Shown: piece by piece, positions 1 through 9,636 of the stretch
How positions within the stretch are numbered: the stretch's first letter is position 1
Layout of the letters: each line of letters opens with the position of its first letter
Assembly (NCBI GenBank): GCA_965228895.1
Contig: OZ245842.1
Coordinates: forward strand, 4,704,001 to 4,768,000
Source: Alphaproteobacteria bacterium
GTDB taxonomy: Bacteria; Pseudomonadota; Alphaproteobacteria; SP197
Direction: 5' to 3'
Length of the DNA stretch: 64,000 nt
The notes under the pieces: model-generated
Databases searched by the model: none
The model's input: the letters and a program-made list of their open reading frames with translations, nothing else
What the model was told of the DNA's origin: nothing
Program-made: the position numbers and the translations under genes

Positions 1-1
1 G

Positions 2-1129
2 AAAGACATCGACACCGGCATCATGAACGAGCCGATGATGCGTGCCTATATGCAGGACGATATCCCGGCCGAGCCGTGGTACGCCCACTGTCCCGGCCGC
101 TGGGTCGGCGAACAGGCCTGGCCCAGCAAGCGCATCCGCATGAAACCCTTCCGGCTCAACCCCGACGGCATCGGCACGAAGAAAGGCAAGGACGTGCCAC
201 GTGTGGCCACGACACCGCAAACGCTGGGCATGGCGGGCGGCGAGTGGTGCCCCTATGGCACCGGCGGCGAAGGCCCGGAGTTTCCCGGCGATCAGCGTTT
301 CGACGACGGCGCCTCCATCTGCTTTGACACCGAACCTTTGGAGGAGACGGTCGAGATCCTGGGCGCGCCGGAAGTCAGTCTCGACCTCAGCGTCGACAAG
401 CCCTCTGCCTTCGTCTGCGTGCGGCTCAACGACGTCAAACCGGACGGCTCGGTGGCGCGCGCCACCTACGCGGTCTTGAACCTGACCCATCGCAACGGCC
501 ATGGCCGCATCGCGCGCATCCAGCCGGGCAAACGCTACCAGGTGAAGGTGACGCTCAACGACACGGCCTACGCCTTCCAGCCCGGCCACCGCATCCGCGT
601 CGCCATCTCGACCACCTATTGGCCGATGATCTGGCCCTCGCCGGAGCCGGTCGAACTGACCGTCCATACCGGCACCAGCACGCTCCATCTGCCGGTGCGC
701 CCGACCAAGGGCGGCCCGCGCCTCAAACCCTTCGACGACCCGCAGGAAGCCGCACCCATGCCACAGGAGCAGGTGACGCCCGCATCATCGGCGAACACGG
801 TGACCCGCGACGTCCTGACCGGGCGCGTCGAGGTCCTGTCGCAACGTGGCAGCGGCGTCTACCGGATCAGCGAACACGGCATGGAGTTTGGCCGCAACAC
901 GATCGAGAAGATGGCGATCACCGAGGGCGATCCCTTGAGCGCGGAAACCGAGATGACCGTCACCAGCCACATGAAGCGCGGCGATTTCGAGGTCGACGTT
1001 CACGCGACGACCAACCTGCGCGCCACCGCCGACACGTTTCTGTTGTCCGCCGATCTCGACGTCTGGGAGGGTAAGACGCGCATCCTGGCGAAAAGCTGGT
1101 CGGTGCCGATCAAGCGGGACGGGGTCTAG
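2..1129 (+). CDS. CocE/NonD-family hydrolase, C-terminal part (5' truncated by window edge)
   Basis: Frame is open from position 2. PepX_C/CocE C-terminal signatures: DQRxDDG, 'FDTEPLEETVEILGAP', 'LNLTHR', 'GHRIRVAISTTYWPMIWPSP'. Confidence 0.8.
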   Translation, partial: KDIDTGIMNEPMMRAYMQDDIPAEPWYAHCPGRWVGEQAWPSKRIRMKPFRLNPDGIGTKKGKDVPRVATTPQTLGMAGGEWCPYGTGGEGPEFPGDQRFDDGASICFDTEPLEETVEILGAPEVSLDLSVDKPSAFVCVRLNDVKPDGSVARATYAVLNLTHRNGHGRIARIQPGKRYQVKVTLNDTAYAFQPGHRIRVAISTTYWPMIWPSPEPVELTVHTGTSTLHLPVRPTKGGPRLKPFDDPQEAAPMPQEQVTPASSANTVTRDVLTGRVEVLSQRGSGVYRISEHGMEFGRNTIEKMAITEGDPLSAETEMTVTSHMKRGDFEVDVHATTNLRATADTFLLSADLDVWEGKTRILAKSWSVPIKRDGV

Positions 1130-1226
1130 CCGCGCGTACGTCAGCGCCACATGTCATTAGACGTCGATAGTCTGAACGGCATCTGGACTATCCCGTCGCC
1201 GAGCATCGAAGGAGTACGGCTTGATG

Positions 1227-2009
1227 TCAGGGGTCAATGTCGTAGAGGATGCAGCCGTTCTCGACGCACTCTCTCAATACGACCTGCATTTTCGGCCCAT
1301 AATCGCCGTCGAGTTCACCTGGATCGTAACCTAGTTCCCTGAGTGCCCGTTTGTATCTGTTGACTTTGGAATACCCACCGTCCGACATCGCTTGTTCATA
1401 AACGGCGATCGCTTCTTCGTTGCGACCCTGATCCATGTGAATACGCACCCGAACCTCGTCTCCCATCCACTCGGCGTCCTCAGCATAAGCAAAGGCCAAA
1501 TCCAGGTGTGTGTTGTTTCGATAGAGAGCATTCGCGGCATGGAAGTATAGGTTGATGGGATAAAGGTGCCACCATAGGAAGCTGCCCTCCATGGCGAATG
1601 CGGTTTCGAACTCCGCCAATCCACCATCAACATCGCCTAAGTCCACACGCTCGGCACCGCGCAAGACGTACAAGAGGGGTTCGTTGGGCAAGTACGTGAT
1701 GGCTTGATCAAAATCTTGCAACGCCTGCTCATGCTCACCCGAATAGTGCTGCGCTTGACCGCGACGGTAATGAAGATAACCCCTTTCGTCCTTGGAAAGA
1801 TCGAGGGTCTCCAGACAGTGCGTGAATTCGTCTACTGCCTTTGGAAAATCTCTCTTGTTTTTGCCGAACTGGGCCAAACCGTCTGGGCACGGTTCTTCAA
1901 TAATCTGCGCACTTCCGTCACGCGCTGTTAAGACGAGCGCTAAGACAGCGACAATCAGAAAGAGAGTGCCGCCTGCGATCAGAGACCTCGCGTGTAGTTT
2001 CACCGACAT
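1227..2009 (-). CDS. Exported TPR protein with C-terminal peptidoglycan-binding-like motif
   Basis: N-terminal hydrophobic signal, TPR helices (YRRGQA...ALQDFDQAI), C-terminal 'ALRELGYDPGELDGDYGPK' typical of PG_binding_1. Confidence 0.7.
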   Translation of the reverse strand: MSVKLHARSLIAGGTLFLIVAVLALVLTARDGSAQIIEEPCPDGLAQFGKNKRDFPKAVDEFTHCLETLDLSKDERGYLHYRRGQAQHYSGEHEQALQDFDQAITYLPNEPLLYVLRGAERVDLGDVDGGLAEFETAFAMEGSFLWWHLYPINLYFHAANALYRNNTHLDLAFAYAEDAEWMGDEVRVRIHMDQGRNEEAIAVYEQAMSDGGYSKVNRYKRALRELGYDPGELDGDYGPKMQVVLRECVENGCILYDIDP

Positions 2010-2028
2010 AGCGAAAAAACCTCCACAG

Positions 2029-3555
2029 CTATCGAATGTCTCGAAGATCGGCCGCCATGGCGGCTCCGAGATCAGCCATCGCCGCCTCGGTCTGGCCTAG
2101 CATCAGCAGCGCCACCGCGCGGTTGCGATAGGCGAGGACAGAATCAGGATCGAGTTCGATGGCACGGTCAAACGCCTTCCTCGCACTGAGGTGCCTGCCT
2201 TCCTTGAAGAACAGCCAGCCCCGGCTGTTGTGCACATCGGCGGAGTGGGGCGCGAGCTCGACGGCGCGGTCCATGTCCTGAAGCGCCAACTCGAACTCGC
2301 CGAACTCCTGCCATGCATGCGCGCGATAGAGATAGGCGTCGACATCATCCGGGTCGTCGGCAATCCGCCGATCGAATTCGCTGACGTCGCGATACGACAC
2401 GAAGTCAAGGTTGCGTGAATCTGCGTGGTCGGCATAGACGGCCTTGACGCGATCGAACTCCTGATCAGCCCTTCCAACCTCACCCAATTCCAGCCATGCC
2501 CAACCACGGTAAAGACGGTAACCGCTCGTTTCCGAAAAACTCGAAATCAGTATGTCGAGATCCTCGATCGCACGCTCATACTCGCCAAGCTGATGCCAGG
2601 CCCATGCGCGATTCTTGTACAGTTTGGCATTGCCGCCAATCATAAGGCCGTCGAATGGATCGGTCCCGACTGCAAGCTCGTAATCGGCAATCGCTTTGTC
2701 GAGCTCGCCCATTCTCTGCCAAGCGTCGGCGCGCAACCGGTAGGCCTCGCTGTTACTATCATCGGTTTCGATCAAATGATCATAGACAGCGATCGCGGCG
2801 GCGAAGTCGCCGAGCTTCTGGAGCGCCTTAGCCTGCCCTGTGTATCCAGCAACGAGCTCAGGGAAAAGATCGATGGCGCGGCTGTAATCGGCCACAGCTC
2901 TCTCGTACTCGCCGATACTGTAGAACGACTCGGCACGCATGTATGACGGCATATGGTCTTCAATATCGACTTCGATTGCACGACTGTAGTCGGCGATGGC
3001 TCGGTCAACGTCGCCGAGGTACTCCAAGATCCCGGCGCGTCGAAAGTGCGCACGTTCTAAGTTCGGATCAGCCTCGATAGCGCGGCTATAGTCCGCCAGT
3101 GCCTGTTCGTGTTCGTACTGTCTTTCCCATGCCCGTGCGCGCCTGTAGAAAGCCAGCGCGTAGTCGGGATAAATCTCAATGGCGCGATCGTAGTCCTCGA
3201 TCGCTTGCGCGTACTCCTCACGATGATAGTGCGCATAGCCCCGACCCACATAGGCTTCCGCGTAGTCGGGAAACAAGGAGATTGCGTCGTTGAAGTCGTC
3301 AATCGCCTGCTGTTCGCGCAACAGGCTCTGGTAAGTCTCGCCGCGGAGCGTGTACGCGCGCGCAGCGTTCTTGTTGCCCAGGTCGCCTTCTTCCAGGCAT
3401 CGGGTGAACGCTTCGATGGCGTCGGCCGCCGTCCTGAGGTCGAGCATCAGATTCTCGCCCCGGTCACACCACGAGTAGTTTTCGGCCGACGCGCCATGGC
3501 TGTTGCCAACAAGCACCAGTGCCACAACGAGGCCAACGATCCTAACAAACACCAC
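2029..3555 (-). CDS. Exported multi-TPR protein
   Basis: Signal peptide (…GASA) followed by about 11 TPR units with the repeated pattern 'AIxDYxRAIE'. Confidence 0.85.
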   Translation of the reverse strand: MVFVRIVGLVVALVLVGNSHGASAENYSWCDRGENLMLDLRTAADAIEAFTRCLEEGDLGNKNAARAYTLRGETYQSLLREQQAIDDFNDAISLFPDYAEAYVGRGYAHYHREEYAQAIEDYDRAIEIYPDYALAFYRRARAWERQYEHEQALADYSRAIEADPNLERAHFRRAGILEYLGDVDRAIADYSRAIEVDIEDHMPSYMRAESFYSIGEYERAVADYSRAIDLFPELVAGYTGQAKALQKLGDFAAAIAVYDHLIETDDSNSEAYRLRADAWQRMGELDKAIADYELAVGTDPFDGLMIGGNAKLYKNRAWAWHQLGEYERAIEDLDILISSFSETSGYRLYRGWAWLELGEVGRADQEFDRVKAVYADHADSRNLDFVSYRDVSEFDRRIADDPDDVDAYLYRAHAWQEFGEFELALQDMDRAVELAPHSADVHNSRGWLFFKEGRHLSARKAFDRAIELDPDSVLAYRNRAVALLMLGQTEAAMADLGAAMAADLRDIR

Positions 3556-3675
3556 ACGCTCCGGTTAATCATTAGCCACCAATGTAACCGATGATTGCTG
3601 ACGCCAAAAGCGCGCCCTTCTGCTGAAGGTCAATTGGGCTGATAATCGACGGTCAAGCCACCGAAGGAGCGAGCC

Positions 3676-4029
3676 ATGAGCGATCACGACGACATCACCC
3701 AGACTGTCCAGCACTATGTCGACGGGGCCAAATCCGGCAAGGGCGACGTCATGAAGCGGGCGTTTCACAAGGATGCGATGATCTTCGGCTATACCGGACC
3801 CGATCTTATGGCTGACCCCATACAGAACCTCTTTGACTGGAACGACTCGAACGGTCCGGCACCGGACATCAAGGTTCTCGATACCAAGATCGACGTCGCC
3901 GACACCGTTGCCACCGTCAGGCTGGAACTCGACGACTGGACCGGCCACCGATTCACCGACATGTTCACTCTGCTCAAGGTCGACGGCGAGTGGAAGATCG
4001 TAAACAAGGTCTTTCACCTGCACGGCTGA
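3676..4029 (+). CDS. NTF2-like (putative lumazine-binding family) protein, copy 1
   Basis: 'YVDGAKSG…AFHKDA…FTDMFTLLKVDGEWKIVNKVFH'; RBS AAGGAG upstream. Confidence 0.8.
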   Translation: MSDHDDITQTVQHYVDGAKSGKGDVMKRAFHKDAMIFGYTGPDLMADPIQNLFDWNDSNGPAPDIKVLDTKIDVADTVATVRLELDDWTGHRFTDMFTLLKVDGEWKIVNKVFHLHG

Positions 4030-4076
4030 ACACAGTCCGCCGGTAACCGGGTGGCGGCGATTGGAGACAAGGAGCC

Positions 4077-4448
4077 ATGAACAAAACAATCACCCAAGAT
4101 GAGCATGATGCGATCACGCGCACCGTGCAGCACTACATCGACGGGGCGAAGTCGGGCCGGAGCGATGACATGAAACCGGCCTTCCACGCGGATGCATGGA
4201 TCTTCGGCTACGGCGCCACCGGGCTGCTTGCGAGCCCTATTCAAGAACTCTTCAACCGGGTCGACGCCGGCCAACCGGCGCCGGACGTTAAGGCGGACAT
4301 TGTCGGTATCGATGTGGGCGACACGGTGGCCACCGTGCGTCTCGAACTCGACGAATGGACCGGCCGCCGCTTCACCGACATGTTCACGCTGCTCAAGGTC
4401 GACGGCGACTGGAAGATCATCAACAAGGTCTTCCACCTGCACGGCTGA
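4077..4448 (+). CDS. NTF2-like (putative lumazine-binding family) protein, copy 2
   Basis: Tandem paralog of 3676-4029 with a near-identical C-terminal half; RBS AAGGAG. Confidence 0.8.
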   Translation: MNKTITQDEHDAITRTVQHYIDGAKSGRSDDMKPAFHADAWIFGYGATGLLASPIQELFNRVDAGQPAPDVKADIVGIDVGDTVATVRLELDEWTGRRFTDMFTLLKVDGDWKIINKVFHLHG

Positions 4449-4557
4449 TCGCGCGCCCTGACCGACAAGATCGCGCTGCCGTTTCGACCGGCGTCCCGGA
4501 CGAGACCGGCAAGTGTGAGCTCGACGGCGTCAGAAGCTCGGGGAGCTGACGCGCAGT

Positions 4558-4929
4558 TCAGTTCTCAAGGTGGACCAGCGCCATGTCGTAGGCGCCGCCG
4601 TCGACCTCCGTCATCCGATGGCCTCAGCCTTCCGTGTCCTCGTTGATGAACATGCCGCCGGTCTCGATCATGCGGTGATCGCCGTCGGTCGTCTCAAGGC
4701 GCAGCCGGCCCGACAGCAGGACCACCAACACGCGCTGGGGCACCGGGTGCCAGGTGTCGACATAGCCTGCCGGCGTGCGCATAACACAGACGGCGTCCGA
4801 AGCGAGCTTGGGCGACACCCAGTAGCCCGGCGGCGAGGGCGGCGCGAAGTCGGCGACTTCCAAGGGAAGTTCTGTTTCGCCGAAAAAGGTGCCGCCTTCC
4901 TCATCCATCAGGACCGTGAGGACCATCAC
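4558..4929 (-). pseudogene. Cupin-domain protein gene with in-frame TGA at 4624-4626
   Basis: GGAGG RBS then GTG/ATG. Reads 'WHPVPQRVLVVLLSG…EDTEG*GHRMTEVDGGAYDMALVHLEN*'. The family motif EDTxGxGH continues across the stop. Confidence 0.65.
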
Positions 4930-4961
4930 GTGCCGGCCCTCCCACCGCCGGAGACCGGGGA

Positions 4962-5633
4962 TTACGCCGCCGGCGTGCCGCGCGCGGCCTCGTTGAAGGC
5001 AGTCTTCAGGAACGCCGCGCCTGCTTCCAGCGCGCCCGGATCGATACCGTGGCCGACACCCTGACTGACATGCCACTGCGCGGCGATGTCGTGTTTGGCC
5101 AACACGCCGACTGCTTCGTGCATGGACTGGAAGGGCACCATCGGATCGGCATCGCCGTGGGCCAAGAGCACCGGCGGACGGGCTTTGAGTTCGCTCTCCA
5201 AACCGTCGGCATCGATCATCATGCCGGAATAGCCGACGACGCCGGCGCAAGCGCGCGCGCGGCGCAGGGCGACATAAAGCGCCATCATCGCACCCTGGCT
5301 GAACCCGATCAGCGCCAGACGGCTGTCGTCGAGCTTGAGCCGCTCGAGTTCGGTGTCGATGAAGTCGTTGATCATGCCGGCCGCCCGCTCATAACCGGCC
5401 TTCAGCGTCTCCGGCCGTTCGTCGGCGAAGCTGTACCACTGGCGGCCCATCGGGTTCTGGTCGCAAGGGTCGGGCGCGTTGGGGCTGGTGAAACGCGCAT
5501 GCGGGAGAGTCGGCTGCAAGGCAGGCGCCAGCCCGATCAGATCGTTGCCGTCGGCGCCCCAGCCGTGCAGCAGCACGACAAATTGTTGCGGTTCGCCCTG
5601 GCGCGGCGGCACCACCGGTCCTGATAACGTCAT
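4962..5633 (-). CDS. Phospholipase/carboxylesterase (alpha/beta hydrolase)
   Basis: LLHGWGADG, GFSQG nucleophile elbow, HGDADPMVP, GVGHGI. Confidence 0.9.
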   Translation of the reverse strand: MTLSGPVVPPRQGEPQQFVVLLHGWGADGNDLIGLAPALQPTLPHARFTSPNAPDPCDQNPMGRQWYSFADERPETLKAGYERAAGMINDFIDTELERLKLDDSRLALIGFSQGAMMALYVALRRARACAGVVGYSGMMIDADGLESELKARPPVLLAHGDADPMVPFQSMHEAVGVLAKHDIAAQWHVSQGVGHGIDPGALEAGAAFLKTAFNEAARGTPAA

Positions 5634-5698
5634 CTTGTAGCCCTCATCATGGTCGATCTTGGGTATCGTTAGCTTTCACGGTTAGCAAGGGTGAAAAC

Positions 5699-6721
5699 GT
5701 GCCGGTTCTGCGTTTCCTGATGGCCTTCCTGTCCTGCCTCCTAGTCGGGCCAGCGCTGGCCGAACTGCCGGCGTCCTGGCCCGATGCCGGAAACGATGAT
5801 GCCGTGCTGGTCGAGTCTGTCGCGCTTGCCAGCAGCACGCCGTTCACGCTTGCCGATGTCGGCGATCCCGAGGATGCGCCGCCGACGCAAGCATCGGCCG
5901 TTCTCTTCCTGCCGGCGAACGCCTCGGCAGACAATCCGGTCCCCGCGGTTGTCTTGCTGCACGGAGCGGCCGGCGTGTTGCAGACACGCGAGCCGGCCTA
6001 CGCACGTCAACTCGCCAGCTTGGGTGTTGCCGCCGTGGTCGTCGATGTTTTCGGTGCGCGGCGCGATCTGGCCACCGGCTTCACCGACCGCCTGTTGAAC
6101 ATCACCGAGGCCGCGATGCTGGCCGACGCCTTCGCCGCGCTGGTCTATATCGATAGCCTGCCCGAGATCGACGGCACCCGAGTCGTCGTGGCCGGCTTCT
6201 CCTATGGCGGCATGGCCGCCACCTACGCGGCTTACGAAACGGTCGCCGAGCGCCTGGCGCCAGACGGCCAACGCTTTGCCGGACACGTCGCCTTCTACGC
6301 ACCGTGCATCGCGAGTTTCGAAGACAACCGCGCGACCGGCGCGCCGCTGCTGATGCTGGCGGGCACCGGTGACGCCATCGTCGACCCCGAACGCTGCAGC
6401 GCGGTCGCCGGCGAGTTGGAGGATGGCGGCGCCGATGTCACGACCGTCTACTACGACGGCGCCTATCATCAGTGGGACGGCCGTTTCGCCGGCCCGCGCG
6501 CGATCGGCCGTAATCTGGCACCATGCGATTTCTATGTCGACGACGACGGCGACGTCTACGACGCCGGTTCGTGGCTGCCGATGAGCGGGCCTTTCATGCG
6601 CAAGATCATCCTGGGCCTGTGCAGCGATCCCGACGGTTACCTGATCGGCCGCGATGACGAGGTCCGTGACCGCGCGATCGTCGACTGGACCCGCTTCCTG
6701 AACGCCGTCTTCGACGGCTGA
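5699..6721 (+). CDS. Exported dienelactone-hydrolase-family alpha/beta hydrolase
   Basis: Signal peptide, LLHGAAG, GFSYGG, 'GAYHQWD'. Confidence 0.75.
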   Translation: MPVLRFLMAFLSCLLVGPALAELPASWPDAGNDDAVLVESVALASSTPFTLADVGDPEDAPPTQASAVLFLPANASADNPVPAVVLLHGAAGVLQTREPAYARQLASLGVAAVVVDVFGARRDLATGFTDRLLNITEAAMLADAFAALVYIDSLPEIDGTRVVVAGFSYGGMAATYAAYETVAERLAPDGQRFAGHVAFYAPCIASFEDNRATGAPLLMLAGTGDAIVDPERCSAVAGELEDGGADVTTVYYDGAYHQWDGRFAGPRAIGRNLAPCDFYVDDDGDVYDAGSWLPMSGPFMRKIILGLCSDPDGYLIGRDDEVRDRAIVDWTRFLNAVFDG

Positions 6722-6773
6722 CGCAGCCGCGCGGGCGTTCTATAGAGGGAACCTCGTTTAACGGGGATTCCCA

Positions 6774-7406
6774 ATGATCGATCCCGCGCTGTTTCTGAAA
6801 AGTCTCGCCATGGGTTTGGCGGTCGCCGCGCCCATGGGACCGATGAGCGTTATCTTGATCCGTCGTACGCTCGCCCAAGGTTACGGGGCGGGACTTTCCG
6901 GCGGGTTGGGCATCGCGACCGCAGACGGTTTCTACGGCGCGGTCGCCGCGTTCGGCCTGACCGCCATCAGTTCAGCGCTGATCGAGCATCAGTTCTGGCT
7001 GCGCCTGGTCGGCGGGGCGTTCCTGGTGTGGCTGGGCTTGAGGATCTTCTTCAAGGAAAGCCGTCAGAACGGCGCCATGGCGGGGGAGCGCGGACCGGGC
7101 GGCGGGTTTTTCACCATGCTGGGGCTGACCATCACCAACCCGATGACGATCCTCTCCTTTGCCGCGATCTTCGCCGGTCTGGGGCTGGTTGAACCGGGCA
7201 GCGACCACATGACCGCGATCACCATGACAGCAGGCGTGTTTCTCGGCTCGTTGTTATGGTGGGTCGTGTTATGTGGGGCGATCACGCTGGTGCGCCGGCG
7301 TGTCACCGGCGGCGTCATGCTCTGGCTCAACCGGATCGCCGGCGCGCTGATCACCGGCTTCGGCATCGCCGCCCTGGTCGGGGCGCGCCACGGCCCGGGA
7401 TCGTGA
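6774..7406 (+). CDS. LysE-family translocator
   Basis: 'GLAVAAPMGP', 'GLGIATADGFYG', 'LTITNPMTILSF'; multiple TM helices. Confidence 0.9.
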   Translation: MIDPALFLKSLAMGLAVAAPMGPMSVILIRRTLAQGYGAGLSGGLGIATADGFYGAVAAFGLTAISSALIEHQFWLRLVGGAFLVWLGLRIFFKESRQNGAMAGERGPGGGFFTMLGLTITNPMTILSFAAIFAGLGLVEPGSDHMTAITMTAGVFLGSLLWWVVLCGAITLVRRRVTGGVMLWLNRIAGALITGFGIAALVGARHGPGS

Positions 7407-8278
7407 GTCCCGCGTCGACGACCACCCGTTTCGCACCAAGTCCCACCGGCCTGCTCCATATCGGCCATGCGTGGTCGGCACTGATGGGTTGGCGCGCCGC
7501 GCGCGCCGATCCGGACGGCCGCTTCCTGCTCAGGATCGAAGACATCGACAGCGCCCGCTGCCGCCCGGACTACGAGCAGGCAATCTATGACGACATGACA
7601 TGGCTCGGGCTGACCTGGAACGGTCCGGTACGCCGCCAGTCCGATCACCTGGACGACTATCGCGCAGCGCTCGACCGGCTTGAGTCGGGCAACCTTGTCT
7701 ATCCGTGCTTCTGCACACGTCGCCAGATCCGCGACGAGGTCGCGGCCAGCGCCAGCGCGCCCCACGGCCCACTCGGCCTGATCTATCCGGGCACGTGCCG
7801 GCATCTAAGCGGCGACGAACGCCAGCGGCGCATCGATGCCGGTGAGAGTTATGCGCTGCGCCTCGACATGGCCGAAGCCGCGCGGCGAACCGGACCGCTT
7901 TCCTGGCGTGAGAAGAGTGAAGGTGAGGTCCAGGTCGATCCGATGGAGAACGGCGACGTCGTTGTTGCGCGCAAGGAAACGGCCGCCAGCTATCACCTGA
8001 CCGTCACCACGGACGACCATCTGCAGGGCGTCACCCTGATCAATCGCGGCCGCGACCTCTATCACGCCACGCCGGTTCACCGCGTGTTGCAGGCCCTGCT
8101 CGGCTATGACGCGCCCGCCTATGACCATCACGGCCTGTTGCTGGATGCCGACGGCAAACGGTTTGCCAAGCGCGACCGCACGGTCACGCTGCAAGCGTTG
8201 CGCGAGGCCGGCCATACGCCCGAGGCGGTCATCGCCATGGCCGAGCGACTGGCGGCGTCATCGACGCGTTCGCGCTAA
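7403..8278 (+). CDS. gluQ: Glutamyl-Q tRNA(Asp) synthetase
   Basis: RFAPSPTG, HIGH, LRIEDID, CxC zinc motif, RGRDL, KMSKS-like 'RFAKR'; no anticodon domain. GTG start overlaps the LysE stop. Confidence 0.88.
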   Translation: MSPASTTTRFAPSPTGLLHIGHAWSALMGWRAARADPDGRFLLRIEDIDSARCRPDYEQAIYDDMTWLGLTWNGPVRRQSDHLDDYRAALDRLESGNLVYPCFCTRRQIRDEVAASASAPHGPLGLIYPGTCRHLSGDERQRRIDAGESYALRLDMAEAARRTGPLSWREKSEGEVQVDPMENGDVVVARKETAASYHLTVTTDDHLQGVTLINRGRDLYHATPVHRVLQALLGYDAPAYDHHGLLLDADGKRFAKRDRTVTLQALREAGHTPEAVIAMAERLAASSTRSR

Positions 8279-8309
8279 GATTGGTGGCGACAGGAAGGAG
8301 TACGCGATC

Positions 8310-9260
8310 ATGACCGCGACCATCTTCGACCCCGCGCTCTACCGGCCGACCGGCGGTTTCATGGGTTTGCCCAACCGCTATGACTTGGCGGGCGCCCAGC
8401 TTGCCGTGCTCGGCATGCCGTTCGATTGCGGCGTGCACCCGACCCGCATAGGGTCGCGCCTGGGACCGGCGGCGATCCGCGAGCAGTCGGGTCTGGTGCG
8501 CCCCTACCAGCCGCCCATCGCCGACTTCAATCCGCTGGAGGAACTGGGCGCCATCGACTGTGGCGACGCCGCGTGTTCGCCGGGCCGCCTTGAACAGTCC
8601 TTCGAGGTCATGGAGGAAGCGAGCTGGCGCATCGTCTCTGAGGGCCTCAAGACACTCTCCATGGGCGGCGACGGCTCGGTCAGCTTGCCCCAGCTTCGCG
8701 CCATGAAGCGGGTCTATCCCGACCTCGCCCTGCTCCATGTCGACGCCCATACCGATGCCTATCCGGTGACGGGCCAGGAGCGCCACACGACCGCGACCAC
8801 CTTCACCTGTGCAACCGAGGAAGGTTTGATCGACACCGACGCCACCATCCACGTGGGCGCGCGCGGACCGATCTTCATGGGCGGCGTGTTCGAGCATACA
8901 CGCGGCCTCGGTCACACCTTGATCCCCGACCGGGATCTGCGCGATCAGGGTTTCGATGCGGTGATCGAGGACCTTCACCGGCGGCTTGCCGGCCGCAAGG
9001 TCTATCTGTGCTTCGACATGGATACGTTCGATCCGTCCTGCGCGCCCGGCGTCGCGACACCGACCTGGGGCGGATGGACGGCCGCCGAGGGGCTCGGTTT
9101 CCTGCAGGCGCTGGCAGGTCTCGACTTCGTCGCCTTCGACATCAACACGGTCAGCCCGCCGCACGATCTGGGCGGCATGACCGCTTATCTGGCCGGCAGT
9201 GTGATGCTGGAATGTATGGTGTTGGCCTGCCGCGTGCCGGGCGGGCCGAAAGCGCTCTAA
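8310..9260 (+). CDS. Arginase/agmatinase-family ureohydrolase (divergent active site)
   Basis: GMPFD, GSRLGPAAIR, DAHTD, DMDTFDPSCAPG; GGDG where the family usually has GGDH. RBS GGAAGGAG. Confidence 0.8.
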   Translation: MTATIFDPALYRPTGGFMGLPNRYDLAGAQLAVLGMPFDCGVHPTRIGSRLGPAAIREQSGLVRPYQPPIADFNPLEELGAIDCGDAACSPGRLEQSFEVMEEASWRIVSEGLKTLSMGGDGSVSLPQLRAMKRVYPDLALLHVDAHTDAYPVTGQERHTTATTFTCATEEGLIDTDATIHVGARGPIFMGGVFEHTRGLGHTLIPDRDLRDQGFDAVIEDLHRRLAGRKVYLCFDMDTFDPSCAPGVATPTWGGWTAAEGLGFLQALAGLDFVAFDINTVSPPHDLGGMTAYLAGSVMLECMVLACRVPGGPKAL

Positions 9261-9448
9261 GCGACGTACTGGATCTCGGCTTGGCTGTTCTGGCGCAACA
9301 CCGCTTCGGCGTCGTCACCGAGCAGTTCGATTAACGTGGCGCGTAGAAACTCAAGCTGCGCCTCGATCCGGTCGAGGTCGCACTGAACGGCGACGATGTC
9401 GTCGTGTCCATAGGGCGGGGCCGTGTTTTCCATCGTGTCCATCTCCAA
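9257..9448 (-). CDS. Small hypothetical protein
   Basis: 63-aa ORF with plausible codon usage and a coiled-coil-like segment; no family recognised. Confidence 0.4.
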   Translation of the reverse strand: MEMDTMENTAPPYGHDDIVAVQCDLDRIEAQLEFLRATLIELLGDDAEAVLRQNSQAEIQYVA

Positions 9449-9636
9449 GGTCGCAGAACGCCTTGTCCGCTATCGTGAATATGGACGAACCCGCCGTCTG
9501 CCGCGCGTGACTGGGATCACAGGGCGGGCGAAAGTGTTACAAAACCGTTAGCGCTGGCCCCAAACCGCGTGATCGTCATCACGTCAGGGCATCAAATCCG
9601 ATCTTCAATCCAGCGTTTGGCCGTCGATGGACGCGG

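Noticed and set aside
4624-4626. Selenocysteine at the cupin in-frame TGA
   Set aside because: The position corresponds to Lys/Arg in the EDTxG(K/R)GH motif, not Cys, and no clear SECIS hairpin follows.
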